In this document: positions 48,015 through 57,059 of the stretch, piece after piece | Position numbering within the stretch: the stretch's first letter is position 1 | How the letters are laid out: each line of letters opens with the position of its first letter | DNA from: Myxococcota bacterium | GTDB taxonomy: Bacteria > Myxococcota > JACRCW01 | Length of the DNA: 64,000 bases | NCBI GenBank assembly: GCA_040752415.1 | Contig: JBFMGU010000004.1 | Span: 29,134 to 93,133 of the forward strand | Direction: 5' to 3' | Translations under genes and position numbers: made by a program | The notes under the pieces: generated by a model | What the model was told of the DNA's origin: nothing | Seen by the model: only the letters and a program-made list of their open reading frames with translations | Databases searched by the model: none

Positions 48015-48258
48015 GCCAACTCCCTGAGCAAGGAGCCGGCCAACCGCCCAACGCCCTCAAGACCCTGGGCGACGGGCCGGACGCCCTCTCAGAATCTGCG
48101 CGCAGGACCCGTTGCCCGCATATCCTTCGTTGCCACGAGCGGGAGCGTGGAGTCGGAGCTTCCGTCGCCAGCGCGGGCCGTGCGCGCTCAGGGTGGCGCC
48201 CGGGCCATCCGAGGTCATGGAAGGATTCCGCGCGACGGCCGAGGCAGGGACGTCGCCA

Positions 48259-49602
48259 TCACGCCTGAAGGCGCTTCTGGACATCACGGGCCACGCGCAG
48301 CGCGTGTGCCGCGATGGTCAGCGTGGGATGCCGGTCGCCCGCCGTTGGAAGCGCGGACGCGTCGGCAATCCACACCCTGGGAGCTGCACGCAGCCGTCCC
48401 CAGGCGTCGGTGGCGGCCGACGGGTCCGTTCCCATGGCGCAGGTGCCTGCTTCATGACCCACCGCGCTCTTCTGCAGCGGATCATGGAACGGGACCAGGC
48501 GGGATCCCGGAAGCGTGATCTCGTCGGCAATGGCCATGCAGGCCTGGCGCATGTCCGCGGCCATCCTCCGGTCATCCCGCGACCACGCAAGGTGGAGGCG
48601 GGGCACAGGCCGGCCCAGGGCGTCCCGGTTGACGGGATGGAGGTCCACGAAGCGTTGCCGATGCGGGAACACCTCTCCCATGGCGTGAATCATCGTCATG
48701 TTCCATCCCTGCGACTCCGCGCTGCTCATGCCCAGCATTTCCTGCTGTTGCGGACGGAGGAGGGACAGGGAGGCCGGCCCCATCAGCTCAATGCAGAATC
48801 CGCCGTGGTAGGAGCGCTTCGTATCCTTTCCGACGTTCACGAAGCGCTGCACCAGCGCCGACGGCACCACGGCTCCCGCGCCGTGTCGCGGCGGCGGCCG
48901 GGGCTCCAGCAGGAGGAAACTGCCGATCATGTGGTCGGTCAGGTTCCGACCGATGGCGCGGTGCCCGCCTGGCAGCTCGCTCATCAGGAGGATGCGCGTG
49001 GTCTCGACGGGAGAGGCCGCCAGCACCGCGGCGCGAGCGCTTAGCCGGACCTCCCGCTCCCGCGCCACGTCCCACGCCCGCACCGAGACACCGCGTTTGC
49101 CATCCCCATCCACCGACAACACGATCATGCGCGTCGTCGTGCGTCGGATGGTGCGCAGCGCCAACGGGGTCCAGGGCTGGCCGCGGTGGGTTGCCATGTT
49201 CTTGGGCGTGATGGTGAGCCCCAGCTCCTCGGCAACGCGCTCGTAGCGCGGAGCGGCGGGCGTGGGACGGACGTCCATCAGCGCCTCCGCACGACGGTAA
49301 TACGGCAGGATCGTGCGCATGCTGTAGGGCCATGGACCGTCGCGGAAGACGGCAGGATGGAAGCGCTCCGCCCAGCCTCCCCACAGCAGTGCGCGACCAC
49401 CCACGGCACGCACGCGCATCCACTGGAAAGGGAGTCCCAACACTTCGTACCGCCAGGTGTCCTCGTCGATCTCGAGCGGGTCCTGGCCCTTGCCAAGGCG
49501 AGGTCCGGCTTCCAGGTGCAGGATGTCCAGCCCACCGCGGCGCAGCGCATCCGCCACCACTGAGCCCGCGGGCCCGGCACCCACCACCACAACGTCATGC
49601 AT
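48259..49602 (-). CDS. GMC-family FAD oxidoreductase
   Basis: VVGAGPAG, VGGRALLWGG, GRNLTDH, HEAGTCAMG, DAS..PT...PTLTI.A. Confidence 0.88.
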   Translation of the reverse strand: MHDVVVVGAGPAGSVVADALRRGGLDILHLEAGPRLGKGQDPLEIDEDTWRYEVLGLPFQWMRVRAVGGRALLWGGWAERFHPAVFRDGPWPYSMRTILPYYRRAEALMDVRPTPAAPRYERVAEELGLTITPKNMATHRGQPWTPLALRTIRRTTTRMIVLSVDGDGKRGVSVRAWDVAREREVRLSARAAVLAASPVETTRILLMSELPGGHRAIGRNLTDHMIGSFLLLEPRPPPRHGAGAVVPSALVQRFVNVGKDTKRSYHGGFCIELMGPASLSLLRPQQQEMLGMSSAESQGWNMTMIHAMGEVFPHRQRFVDLHPVNRDALGRPVPRLHLAWSRDDRRMAADMRQACMAIADEITLPGSRLVPFHDPLQKSAVGHEAGTCAMGTDPSAATDAWGRLRAAPRVWIADASALPTAGDRHPTLTIAAHALRVARDVQKRLQA

Positions 49603-50061
49603 CGCGCACCTCTTTCGCGCGCCACACCAGGGCGCTCATCACATCACGCAGCCACGCACGGAGCGTGCAGACGAAAAGCTCCCGCCGGGTACAACCACCG
49701 TGCCAAACGCCAGGGCGGGGAGAGGAGCCGGCGGGTTGGCCTGACCGTGACAGGAGTCCGTCGGAGCAGCGTCGCGAACCCAACGAGGTTGAGCGGTGCG
49801 AGGCGTGGCCCGCCAAGGAACGCAGTCACGCTGCGGGTATACCGCTCCAGGAGTGCACAGGGGAGATTCAGGTTGGGGTGGGAAAACCGTGGCGGGCGTG
49901 GGCAACGCAAGGATTCATTCGACGAAAGTTCTTCCGTCACAGGCCTGGCCTGACGTCGCAGCGCGCAGACTTCTCGCCGAGACCAGCACGAGAAGACCGC
50001 TTCGTCCTGCTTGAGCGTAGGCTTCGGACCGGCTAAACGAGCCGGCGCCAAGGAGGCTTTC

Positions 50062-50184
50062 ATGAACAAGATCCTGTCCCGCAAGCTGAAGAACGTGAAG
50101 GTGGAGGCGCCCAAGCCCAAGCTGGGCGTGCGGTGCTGCGGCAACGTGAATTGCTGCGGCAACATCCGCTGCTGCGGCAACTGA
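50062..50184 (+). CDS. 40-aa Cys-rich peptide with three CCGN repeats (not in the ORF track)
   Basis: AAGGAGG RBS at 50050-50056; translates to MNKILSRKLKNVKVEAPKPKLGVRCCGNVNCCGNIRCCGN; nearly all third codon positions are G/C. Confidence 0.8.
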   Translation: MNKILSRKLKNVKVEAPKPKLGVRCCGNVNCCGNIRCCGN

Positions 50185-50201
50185 GCGCGTCCACGTCCCT
50201 T

Positions 50202-50246
50202 CAACGCCCCGTCGTTCCTCCACGGAGCGATGGGGCGTTGTCTTTC
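50202..50246 (+). terminator. Stem-loop after the peptide gene, putative terminator
   Basis: CAACGCCCCGTCGTTCC / GGAGCGATGGGGCGTTG 17-bp stem (2 G-U pairs) followed by TCTTTC. Confidence 0.55.
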
Positions 50247-50446
50247 GACCCGCCGACATCGTCGCACGGAGCGGCGCGGAACGTCGTGCGGGGTGTGGTG
50301 CCGTGGGCGGGCTGTGGCGCCGGGTCCAACGGCGAACAGGCGCGCTTGGGGTGGCCTTGCAAGACGCACGACGCCGGTGGAATGGCCACTGCATCCCAGG
50401 TAGATCCGTTCGGCCTGCTCGCACGTAATCGTCGTGGATCGCCACA

Positions 50447-50914
50447 GTGACACCCGGCCGTCGCCCCGCTGTCGTCGTGCTGCAACTGGTCCTCCTGCTG
50501 GCCGGGACCACGGGCATTCCGCTCCTGCACGCCCTCCACCACGCGCCGGACCACCACCACGGTGTCGGCGGCGCAGTCATCCCTGACGCACCGTTGTTCC
50601 CACGGACGCACGACCACGACGAGCATTCGCACCACCATCACGGGGACGGCACCCACCACCACCACGACCACGAGGCGCCCCCGCCGGATCCCCCCCACCA
50701 AGACCACGACGACGAAGCCCCCGAACACGGCGACGGCTCGCTGATGCACTTCATGGCGGCGCTGAAGCCGTCCATCGCTCCGGTCGTCGTGCAACAGGAG
50801 CCCGTGGAGACATGGCGTGTCACGGCGCTCCCTCCCCAGCGCGCCCCGGCTCGACGTGTTGTTTTTGACGTGGTGCAGCCCACCGGTCCTCCGGCTCACG
50901 TCGCCAGGTCCTGA
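50447..50914 (+). CDS. His-rich secreted/membrane protein, DUF2946-like
   Basis: Hydrophobic N-terminus; HDHDEHSHHHHGDGTHHHHDH tract; C-terminal QPTGPP. Confidence 0.7.
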   Translation: MTPGRRPAVVVLQLVLLLAGTTGIPLLHALHHAPDHHHGVGGAVIPDAPLFPRTHDHDEHSHHHHGDGTHHHHDHEAPPPDPPHQDHDDEAPEHGDGSLMHFMAALKPSIAPVVVQQEPVETWRVTALPPQRAPARRVVFDVVQPTGPPAHVARS

Positions 50915-51001
50915 TTCCTCCAGTTCAAACGCAACCCCGAGCGCGGGGCGACTTCGTGTTGCCCTGCGTTGACGTGCTTGTGCGCGTCCATGGCCATTGT
51001 C

Positions 51002-51478
51002 ATGCCTTCATCCCGGTGGCTCCCTTGTCTCCTCTGCGCCACGATCCTGGCGCTTCCACTCACCTCGCACGCCCACGAGCCTCACGCTCCGCAGCGCAAG
51101 CCCACTGCCGCCGAGACGGTGCGTCGCTACCTCCTCGAACGGGATCCCACCGGCGGTCCCACCCGGCTTGAGCGCCTCCTCCTCGCGGGGGCCGTTGTAG
51201 GGGCCGCAAGCGCGGCGTTGGTGGTGGGTGTCGGCTTCGGCGTCGTGGGCGTGATCAGCCCGGCATGTCTCGACGACGCGTCCGAGTGCCTTCGCTCCCC
51301 GCGTGCCCCCGACCTGTCTCCGCAGGCGCAATGGGACGCTCGTGTGAGAGGTGAACGCCCGGCGTTGCTCGCCGACATCAGCTTTGGCACCGCGGCCGCG
51401 TTGGCGCTCGTGGGAGCTGCGGCGGTGGTGGCGGCGTTCTGGCCGTACGGACTGTGGCCCATGACGTCGGAAGACTGA
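51002..51478 (+). CDS. Hypothetical membrane protein
   Basis: Signal peptide ending SHA|HEPH; two hydrophobic segments; start uncertain. Confidence 0.6.
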   Translation: MPSSRWLPCLLCATILALPLTSHAHEPHAPQRKPTAAETVRRYLLERDPTGGPTRLERLLLAGAVVGAASAALVVGVGFGVVGVISPACLDDASECLRSPRAPDLSPQAQWDARVRGERPALLADISFGTAAALALVGAAAVVAAFWPYGLWPMTSED

Positions 51479-51487
51479 GGAGAGCGC

Positions 51488-54181
51488 ATGTCACGTCTTC
51501 CCGTGCCAAAGCTCGCTTGCGCCCTGGCGTTGCTCCTGGTCCCGGTCTCGGTCCAGGCGCACGAGCCCGAGGAGGCCGTCGAGCATCCCGCCGAAGAGCA
51601 CCCGCCCAGTCACGTGCACGCGCTGACCAGACCGCCGCGCATCCTGCAGAAGGTGGAGGCGGTGTACCCGGAGTCAGCCCGGCGTGAACGACGTGAGGGC
51701 GTGGTGCACATGCGGGTGACCATTGACGAGGAGGGACACGTTTCCGACGTCCACGTCGTTGGGAGCGCGGGCGCGGACCTTGATGCCGCGGCCATGGACG
51801 CGGTGCGCCAGTTCCACTTCTCCCCCGCGGAGATCGACGGTGAGCCTGCCCCCGTCCAGATCGACTACCGCATGTCATTCGTGCTCACCGAGGAGCCACC
51901 CCTCATCACCACGCCGGTCGAGCCGGTTGCCACGTCGTTGAGAATCGTGCTGACCGACGAGGTCACCGGGGAGCCCCTGCCGGGCGCCTCCGTGCGCGTG
52001 GCGGTGGACGGGGCGGCGCCGCGCGAGGTGCACAGCGACGAATCCGGGCAGATCCTCGTCGACAGTGTGTCACCCGGCAGGCACACCCTGGCGCTCTCCG
52101 TGCGCGGCTATGAGCCTTTCGTGTTGACCCGCCACGTGGTCCAGGGCGAGCAGCCTCTTGGCGTGGCGCTCATGCCAACCCAGACCAGTCGCTTTCAGAC
52201 GGTGGTGCGCTCCCGCCAGGACCGGGCGCGACTGGCGCGTGGCAGCGCCGAGTCCGCGTCGGCGGGCGCCGTTGGCGGGGAGATGATCAACGCACGCTCC
52301 CTGCTACGTCCTGGCGAGGTCATGGAGACGATCCCGGGCATGGTGATCAGCCAGCACTCGGGCGAAGGAAAGGCGAATCAGTACTATCTCCGTGGCTTCA
52401 ACCTCGACCACGGCACCGACTTCGCAACCCACGTCGGCGGGATGCCCGTCAACATGGTGACCCACGGCCACGGACAGGGCTGGACCGACCTCAACTTTGT
52501 CATCCCGGAGCTCCTCGAGGAGATCAGCTACCGGAAGGGTCCGTACTTCGCGCAGGAGGGAGACTTTTCGTCGGCGGGCGCGGCGCATCTCGACTACGGC
52601 AATGCCGTCCGGGAGAACATGTTGAGCCTGCGGGCCGGGCTGAAGGACTGGCGCGTGCTTGCGGCAGCGTCGCCGCGGGTGGGGCGTGGGCACCTGTTGA
52701 CGGCGCTGGAGCTCGTGCATGTCGACGGGCCGTGGGAGCTGCCCAGCGACTTCCGGAAGGTGAACGCGGTGCTGCGTTACGGCGTGGGCGACCGCGACAA
52801 CGGGTGGAACCTCACCGGCATGCTCTACCAGGGACGGTGGAGCTCGACGGACCAGGTTCCCCTGCGCGCCATCACGTCGGGAACGATCTCCCGCCTGGGC
52901 AACGTGGACCCGTCGGATGGGGGCAACGCGCACCGGATCTCGCTCAGCGGCGCATGGGCCCGCTCGACGGAAAACCTGACCACACGTGCCAACGTCTACG
53001 TCGTCGAGTCCGAGATGAATCTCTGGTCCAATTTCACCTACTTCCTGGAAGACCCCGTGCACGGTGACCAGTTCCATCAACATGACGCGCGCAACCTCGT
53101 CGGCGGTGCGGTCAGTCAGGAGGTCAGGCTGCAGGCCGGTCGCTTCCTGGGTGTGTCCGCAAGCGTTGGCGCGCAGAGCCGGACGGACCTGGTTCGTGAC
53201 GTCTCCCTGGCGTCGACGGAACGGCGCACCGAGATTTCCCTGACCCGGAGGGACCAGGTGCTCCAGTCCAGTCTGGGTGTGTTCGTGGAGACCACGGCCT
53301 CCGTGCTCCAGCTCCTTCGTCTCACGGCGGGGATGCGGGCGGACGGGATGCTCTTCATGGTCTCCTCCAACAACCCCGCCAACAGCGGCAGGCGCGTCGC
53401 GCTGATCCATTCTCCCAAGCTCGGGGTGGTGCTGGGCCCGTGGGCGCGCAGTGAGCTGTTCTTCAACCTTGGCTACGGATTCCACAGCAACGACGCCCGC
53501 GGCACCACCATCACCGTCGATCCGAAGACGCGCGAAGCGGTGGGCCCGGTGGATCCGCTCGTGCGCACCCGGGGAGGGGAGGTGGGGTTCCGCTCCACGG
53601 TGTTCCCCGGTCTGCAGACCACGCTTGCCATCTGGGGCCTGGAGTTGAGCAGTGAGCTGGTGTTCGTGGGCGACGCGGGCACCACGGAAGAGAGCCGCCC
53701 CTCCCGACGTGTGGGACTGGAGTGGAGCAACGTGTACTCCCCGCTGCCGTGGCTTTCGTTCGACGCCGACGTTGCCATCACCGACGCACGTTTCACCATG
53801 CCCGCCCCCGAGGGGGACCGGGTGCCCGGAGCCCTGGAGCGCGTGCTGACCGCGGGTGTGACCGTGCATGACCTCGTCGGCCTGTTCGGCTCGCTGCGCC
53901 TGCGGCACTTTGGCGCGCGGCCGCTTGTCGAGGACAACAGCGTTCGCTCCACGTCCTCAACGTGGCTCAATGCGCAGGTGGGTTACGAGCTGAGCGAGCG
54001 CTGGCGCGCATCCGTGGAGCTGTTCAACCTGCTCAACGCGGAGACTTCCGACGTCGAGTACTACTACGCGTCGCGGCTCCCGGGAGAGCGGCCCGGAGGC
54101 GTCCTCGACGTGCACACGCACCCCGCGGAGCCATTCACGTTGCGGGTGACGTTGACGGCGCTCCTGCCGGACCCCTCATGA
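51488..54181 (+). CDS. TonB-dependent receptor with N-terminal TonB C-terminal domain and carboxypeptidase-regulatory-like domain
   Basis: YPESARR..EGVV..IDEEG.V TonB_C; plug QHSGEGKANQYYLRGFNLDHGTDF; barrel ending VELFNLLN...YYYASRL...HPAEP. Confidence 0.92.
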   Translation: MSRLPVPKLACALALLLVPVSVQAHEPEEAVEHPAEEHPPSHVHALTRPPRILQKVEAVYPESARRERREGVVHMRVTIDEEGHVSDVHVVGSAGADLDAAAMDAVRQFHFSPAEIDGEPAPVQIDYRMSFVLTEEPPLITTPVEPVATSLRIVLTDEVTGEPLPGASVRVAVDGAAPREVHSDESGQILVDSVSPGRHTLALSVRGYEPFVLTRHVVQGEQPLGVALMPTQTSRFQTVVRSRQDRARLARGSAESASAGAVGGEMINARSLLRPGEVMETIPGMVISQHSGEGKANQYYLRGFNLDHGTDFATHVGGMPVNMVTHGHGQGWTDLNFVIPELLEEISYRKGPYFAQEGDFSSAGAAHLDYGNAVRENMLSLRAGLKDWRVLAAASPRVGRGHLLTALELVHVDGPWELPSDFRKVNAVLRYGVGDRDNGWNLTGMLYQGRWSSTDQVPLRAITSGTISRLGNVDPSDGGNAHRISLSGAWARSTENLTTRANVYVVESEMNLWSNFTYFLEDPVHGDQFHQHDARNLVGGAVSQEVRLQAGRFLGVSASVGAQSRTDLVRDVSLASTERRTEISLTRRDQVLQSSLGVFVETTASVLQLLRLTAGMRADGMLFMVSSNNPANSGRRVALIHSPKLGVVLGPWARSELFFNLGYGFHSNDARGTTITVDPKTREAVGPVDPLVRTRGGEVGFRSTVFPGLQTTLAIWGLELSSELVFVGDAGTTEESRPSRRVGLEWSNVYSPLPWLSFDADVAITDARFTMPAPEGDRVPGALERVLTAGVTVHDLVGLFGSLRLRHFGARPLVEDNSVRSTSSTWLNAQVGYELSERWRASVELFNLLNAETSDVEYYYASRLPGERPGGVLDVHTHPAEPFTLRVTLTALLPDPS

Positions 54182-54215
54182 CCCGCGCCCCAGGTGGATC
54201 CGTCGTCGGAAGGGC

Positions 54216-56750
54216 TCACCGCGGCAGCCACACGTTGAACGTGCTGCCACGTCCCACCGCGGTGTCCACCGTGATCCGACCACCGTGCTGGTCCACCAGC
54301 GCCTTGGCCACGAACAGCCCCACCCCCAGCCCCACGCGTGATCCCACCTGGACGTCGATGCCGGGCACGCGGTGATATCGCTCGAAGATGTGCGGGACCT
54401 CGTCGGGCGGAATCCCGGGCCCGTCGTCGTGGACGGAGATGAGCGCTTCCTTCTCGAGCTCACGCAGCGTCAGCGTCACCGGCTTGTCATGCGGGGAGTA
54501 CTTGAGCGCGTTGGACAGCAGGTGCCGGATGACGTCGCGGATGCGCTCCGGGTCCACCACCAGCTCCACGGGCGACGGGGGAAGAAGAAGGTTCACCGGC
54601 CGCTCCTGCACCAGGGACTCCTCCTCCGCGGCCGCCTGGCACAGGGCCACCAGGTCGCAGCGCTCCTTCTGCAGGGAGAGCATGCCGGACTGGATGGCGC
54701 TGACGCTGAGCAGGTCACTCGCCAGGCGCTCCAGGCGGTCGATGGACCGGCTCACCGTCGAGAGATGCCTGGCCGCGGCGGCGCCCTTGCCGCTCTCCAG
54801 GTATTGCTGCGCCACCTGGGTGCGGAGCTTGATGCTGGTCAATGGGGTGCGCAGCTCGTGCACCGCGATGTCCAGGAAGCTCTCCTTGATGGCAGCCTCC
54901 GTGGCCGCGCGACGTGCTCGCGCCAGGTCCAGGTGCGTGGCCACGCGCGCCAGCAGCTCCCGCGCGGAGAACGGCTTGGGCAGGTAGTCATCCGCTCCCG
55001 CGCTGAGCCCCTCCACCGCGGCCTCCTCGCCCGCGCGCGCGGAAACCATCACCACCGGCACGTCGCGCGTGGTGGGGTCGGCACGCAATTGGCGCAGCAG
55101 GCCAACCCCGTCCAGGCGCGGCATCATGACGTCGGTGAGGATCAGGGCCGGTGGTCGGGCGCGCGCCGCTTCCAGGGCCTGGACGCCATCCGGCACCACC
55201 TCCACGTCGTAGCGCTCCGCCAGGAGACGGTGGAAGTACGCCCGCATGTCGGCGTTGTCGTCGGCAACCAGGATGCGCGCGCGCGTGCCCGGTCGTGGGG
55301 CCTCCGCGGCGGCCGGGGGCTGCGGCGCGGGCGGTGGGCCTCCCGACGCCTCCAGCGTCTCCGCCAGCCAGGGTGGGGCCGTTCTCGTCGTGGCGGGGCG
55401 TGGCTCCTTCTGCACGCGGTCGGCCGGAAGGTGGGCGCTCCCCGTGGGGATGTGGACGCGGAACGTGGAGCCGGCCCCCAGCGTGCTCTCCACGTGGACA
55501 CCGCCGCCGTGGAGCTCCACCAGCTCCTTGACCGTGGCCAGTCCGATGCCCGTGCCTTCCACGGACCGGCCGCCCGTGCTCGGGACCCGGTAGAAACGCT
55601 CGAAGATGTGGGGCAGCGCCTCCGCGGGAATGCCAATCCCGGTGTCGCGGACCACCAGCTCAAAGCAGTCACTGGTCTGGCGCAGCGCCACCGCGATCTC
55701 ACCCTGCGGCGTGTACTTCAGCGCGTTGGAGAACAGGTTGAGGACAATCTTCTCCCACAGCTCGCGGTCGACGTACGCCGGCTCCGTCAGGGCCCCGGCC
55801 TCGAACTGCAGCCGCAGCCCGGCCCGGGTCACCGCGGATTCAAACAGGCCCACCACTTCCCGCGTGAGCATCACCAGGTCGGTCGGCTCGAACGTGGCGT
55901 GGACACGGCCCGACTCCGCCCGCACGAAGTCCAGCAGCGCGTCCACGTGCCGGAGCAGTCGGAGCGCGGCGCGCCGCGTGGTCTCCAGCTGTTCGCGTTG
56001 CCACGGCGTGGGCATGTCGTGCGGGCTGGTGAGCAGGTCCTCCACCGGTCCCAGCAGCAGCGTCAGCGGCGTGCGGAACTCGTGGCTGATGTTGGCCAGG
56101 AACTGGCTCTTGAGGGCGTCCAGCTCCTGGGTGGCCGTCAGGCGCTCCTGGATTTCCCGTCGGGCACGCTCGGTTCGTCGGAGCTCGCGTCGCTCCATCA
56201 GGACGGAGAGCTGCGCGCCCACCAGGCAGCCGAAGTCGATCTCGTGCTGCTTCCACGTGTGGAGCTTGCCCACGTGCTCAAAGCACAGCGTGCCCAGGTT
56301 GCTGCCGCCAAAGCGGATCACCACGTCCAGCATGGAGGTGATGTTGTTGGGCCGCAGGTAGTGTTCGACGTAACCGGCCGTCCTCGGGTCCGTGTAGGGA
56401 TCGCTGGCGTCGACGTACAGCGAGTCCTTCAGCGCCTGGAACTCGCTGCGGAATTCGTCCTGGTGGATCACCGCTCCGGAGGAGTGCGCGCCGGTGGAGA
56501 GGTTGAACTGGTCCACGCATCGCAGCTCGGTCTCGGCGTCGTTGAACAGCCACAGCCCCACCCGCTCCACGTCCAGGAGCCGGGCGCAGGACTCCGTGAT
56601 CAGGCTGGCCACGGGCTCCAGCTGCCCGCTGGTGGTGGCGGGATTCCGCGAGAGCTGGTCCAGGAACCGGCGCTGTCTGCCCACGTCACCGTCGTCACGG
56701 CGGGGCGGGCGTCGTCGGGATGGATGCGCGTGTGTTTCCCCCTGGGGCAT
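54216..56750 (-). CDS. Hybrid kinase GAF-HisKA-HATPase-REC-HisKA-HATPase
   Basis: SHEFRTPL; ADDNADM...TDVMMP; second VHELRTPL and NALKY; start ATG 56750 chosen. Confidence 0.92.
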   Translation of the reverse strand: MPQGETHAHPSRRRPPRRDDGDVGRQRRFLDQLSRNPATTSGQLEPVASLITESCARLLDVERVGLWLFNDAETELRCVDQFNLSTGAHSSGAVIHQDEFRSEFQALKDSLYVDASDPYTDPRTAGYVEHYLRPNNITSMLDVVIRFGGSNLGTLCFEHVGKLHTWKQHEIDFGCLVGAQLSVLMERRELRRTERARREIQERLTATQELDALKSQFLANISHEFRTPLTLLLGPVEDLLTSPHDMPTPWQREQLETTRRAALRLLRHVDALLDFVRAESGRVHATFEPTDLVMLTREVVGLFESAVTRAGLRLQFEAGALTEPAYVDRELWEKIVLNLFSNALKYTPQGEIAVALRQTSDCFELVVRDTGIGIPAEALPHIFERFYRVPSTGGRSVEGTGIGLATVKELVELHGGGVHVESTLGAGSTFRVHIPTGSAHLPADRVQKEPRPATTRTAPPWLAETLEASGGPPPAPQPPAAAEAPRPGTRARILVADDNADMRAYFHRLLAERYDVEVVPDGVQALEAARARPPALILTDVMMPRLDGVGLLRQLRADPTTRDVPVVMVSARAGEEAAVEGLSAGADDYLPKPFSARELLARVATHLDLARARRAATEAAIKESFLDIAVHELRTPLTSIKLRTQVAQQYLESGKGAAAARHLSTVSRSIDRLERLASDLLSVSAIQSGMLSLQKERCDLVALCQAAAEEESLVQERPVNLLLPPSPVELVVDPERIRDVIRHLLSNALKYSPHDKPVTLTLRELEKEALISVHDDGPGIPPDEVPHIFERYHRVPGIDVQVGSRVGLGVGLFVAKALVDQHGGRITVDTAVGRGSTFNVWLPR

Positions 56751-57059
56751 GGTCCCCCCTGCGCTGCGGCAACCCGTGATGGCCGGGCCGCGGTGTTGGT
56801 GGGCCGGCGCGGTGACGCTTGGTGCCTCCTTCCCTGACGGGGTGCGCAACCGTGGTGTGTCTGCGCCCGTGAGCACGCTTGGCGACGTCACCCCGCGTCC
56901 CACCGCGAAATACGGGCCTCCTGAGTCCGGGATGTATGGGCCTTGGCCTGTCCGGGCCACGGGGCAGGACCCTGCGCCGCCCCGGCAGGCAGGAACACGC
57001 GCGCGGCAAGCGGGCGGGGACGCGGCCATGGACGGGAGGTCGTCGGGGAGTGCTGGCGT

